Below are positions 63,944 to 64,000 of a stretch of 64,000 nucleotides of DNA, piece by piece. Within the stretch, counting starts at the first letter, position 1. Each line of letters starts with the position of its first letter. This DNA is from Hydrolagus colliei (taxonomy: Eukaryota): positions 9,796,001-9,860,000 of the forward strand of contig CM068757.1 in NCBI GenBank assembly GCA_035084275.1, given 5' to 3'. Position numbers and translations under genes: made by a program. Below the pieces are notes generated by a model. That model had not been told where the DNA came from. It saw nothing but the letters and a program-made list of their open reading frames with translations, and ran no database searches.

Positions 63944-64000
63944 TACTTTGTGAAACAGTATTGCTTATATTATTTGAAATGTTTGGGTCATTTATCACAA

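Noticed and set aside
63126-63953. 275-aa ORF spanning Ns
   Set aside because: It is simple-repeat sequence plus an assembly gap inside a Tc2-like element.

Overview
Vertebrate genomic DNA with spliced genes. The SINE/LINE content (Deu-domain SINEs, L2, CR1) suggests a cartilaginous fish, which is inference. The window holds a head-to-tail, + strand cluster of four complete multi-exon genes, the 3' end of a fifth gene and an orphan pseudo-exon. Each complete gene begins signal peptide - IgV - IgC1 - TM, resembling B7-H6/NCR3LG1. The parts after the TM are unusual. Gene 1 (8380-16934, 874 aa) ends in a ~600-aa Pro-rich minisatellite exon. Genes 2-4 (22401-35715, 1085 aa; 40112-48533, 971 aa; 53791-62620, 965 aa) continue with 6-7 C1-set Ig domains on the predicted cytoplasmic side, and 10 of these 19 domains have lost a canonical Cys. 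All four promoters carry GAAAGTGAAA (IRF-E/ISRE core) 111-131 bp upstream of the ATG. I built the exon models by hand from GT/AG sites; all internal introns are phase 1 and each model sums to an open frame. Introns and spacers contain L2, CR1, SINE and MITE copies plus low-complexity repeats. TE boundaries are approximate.
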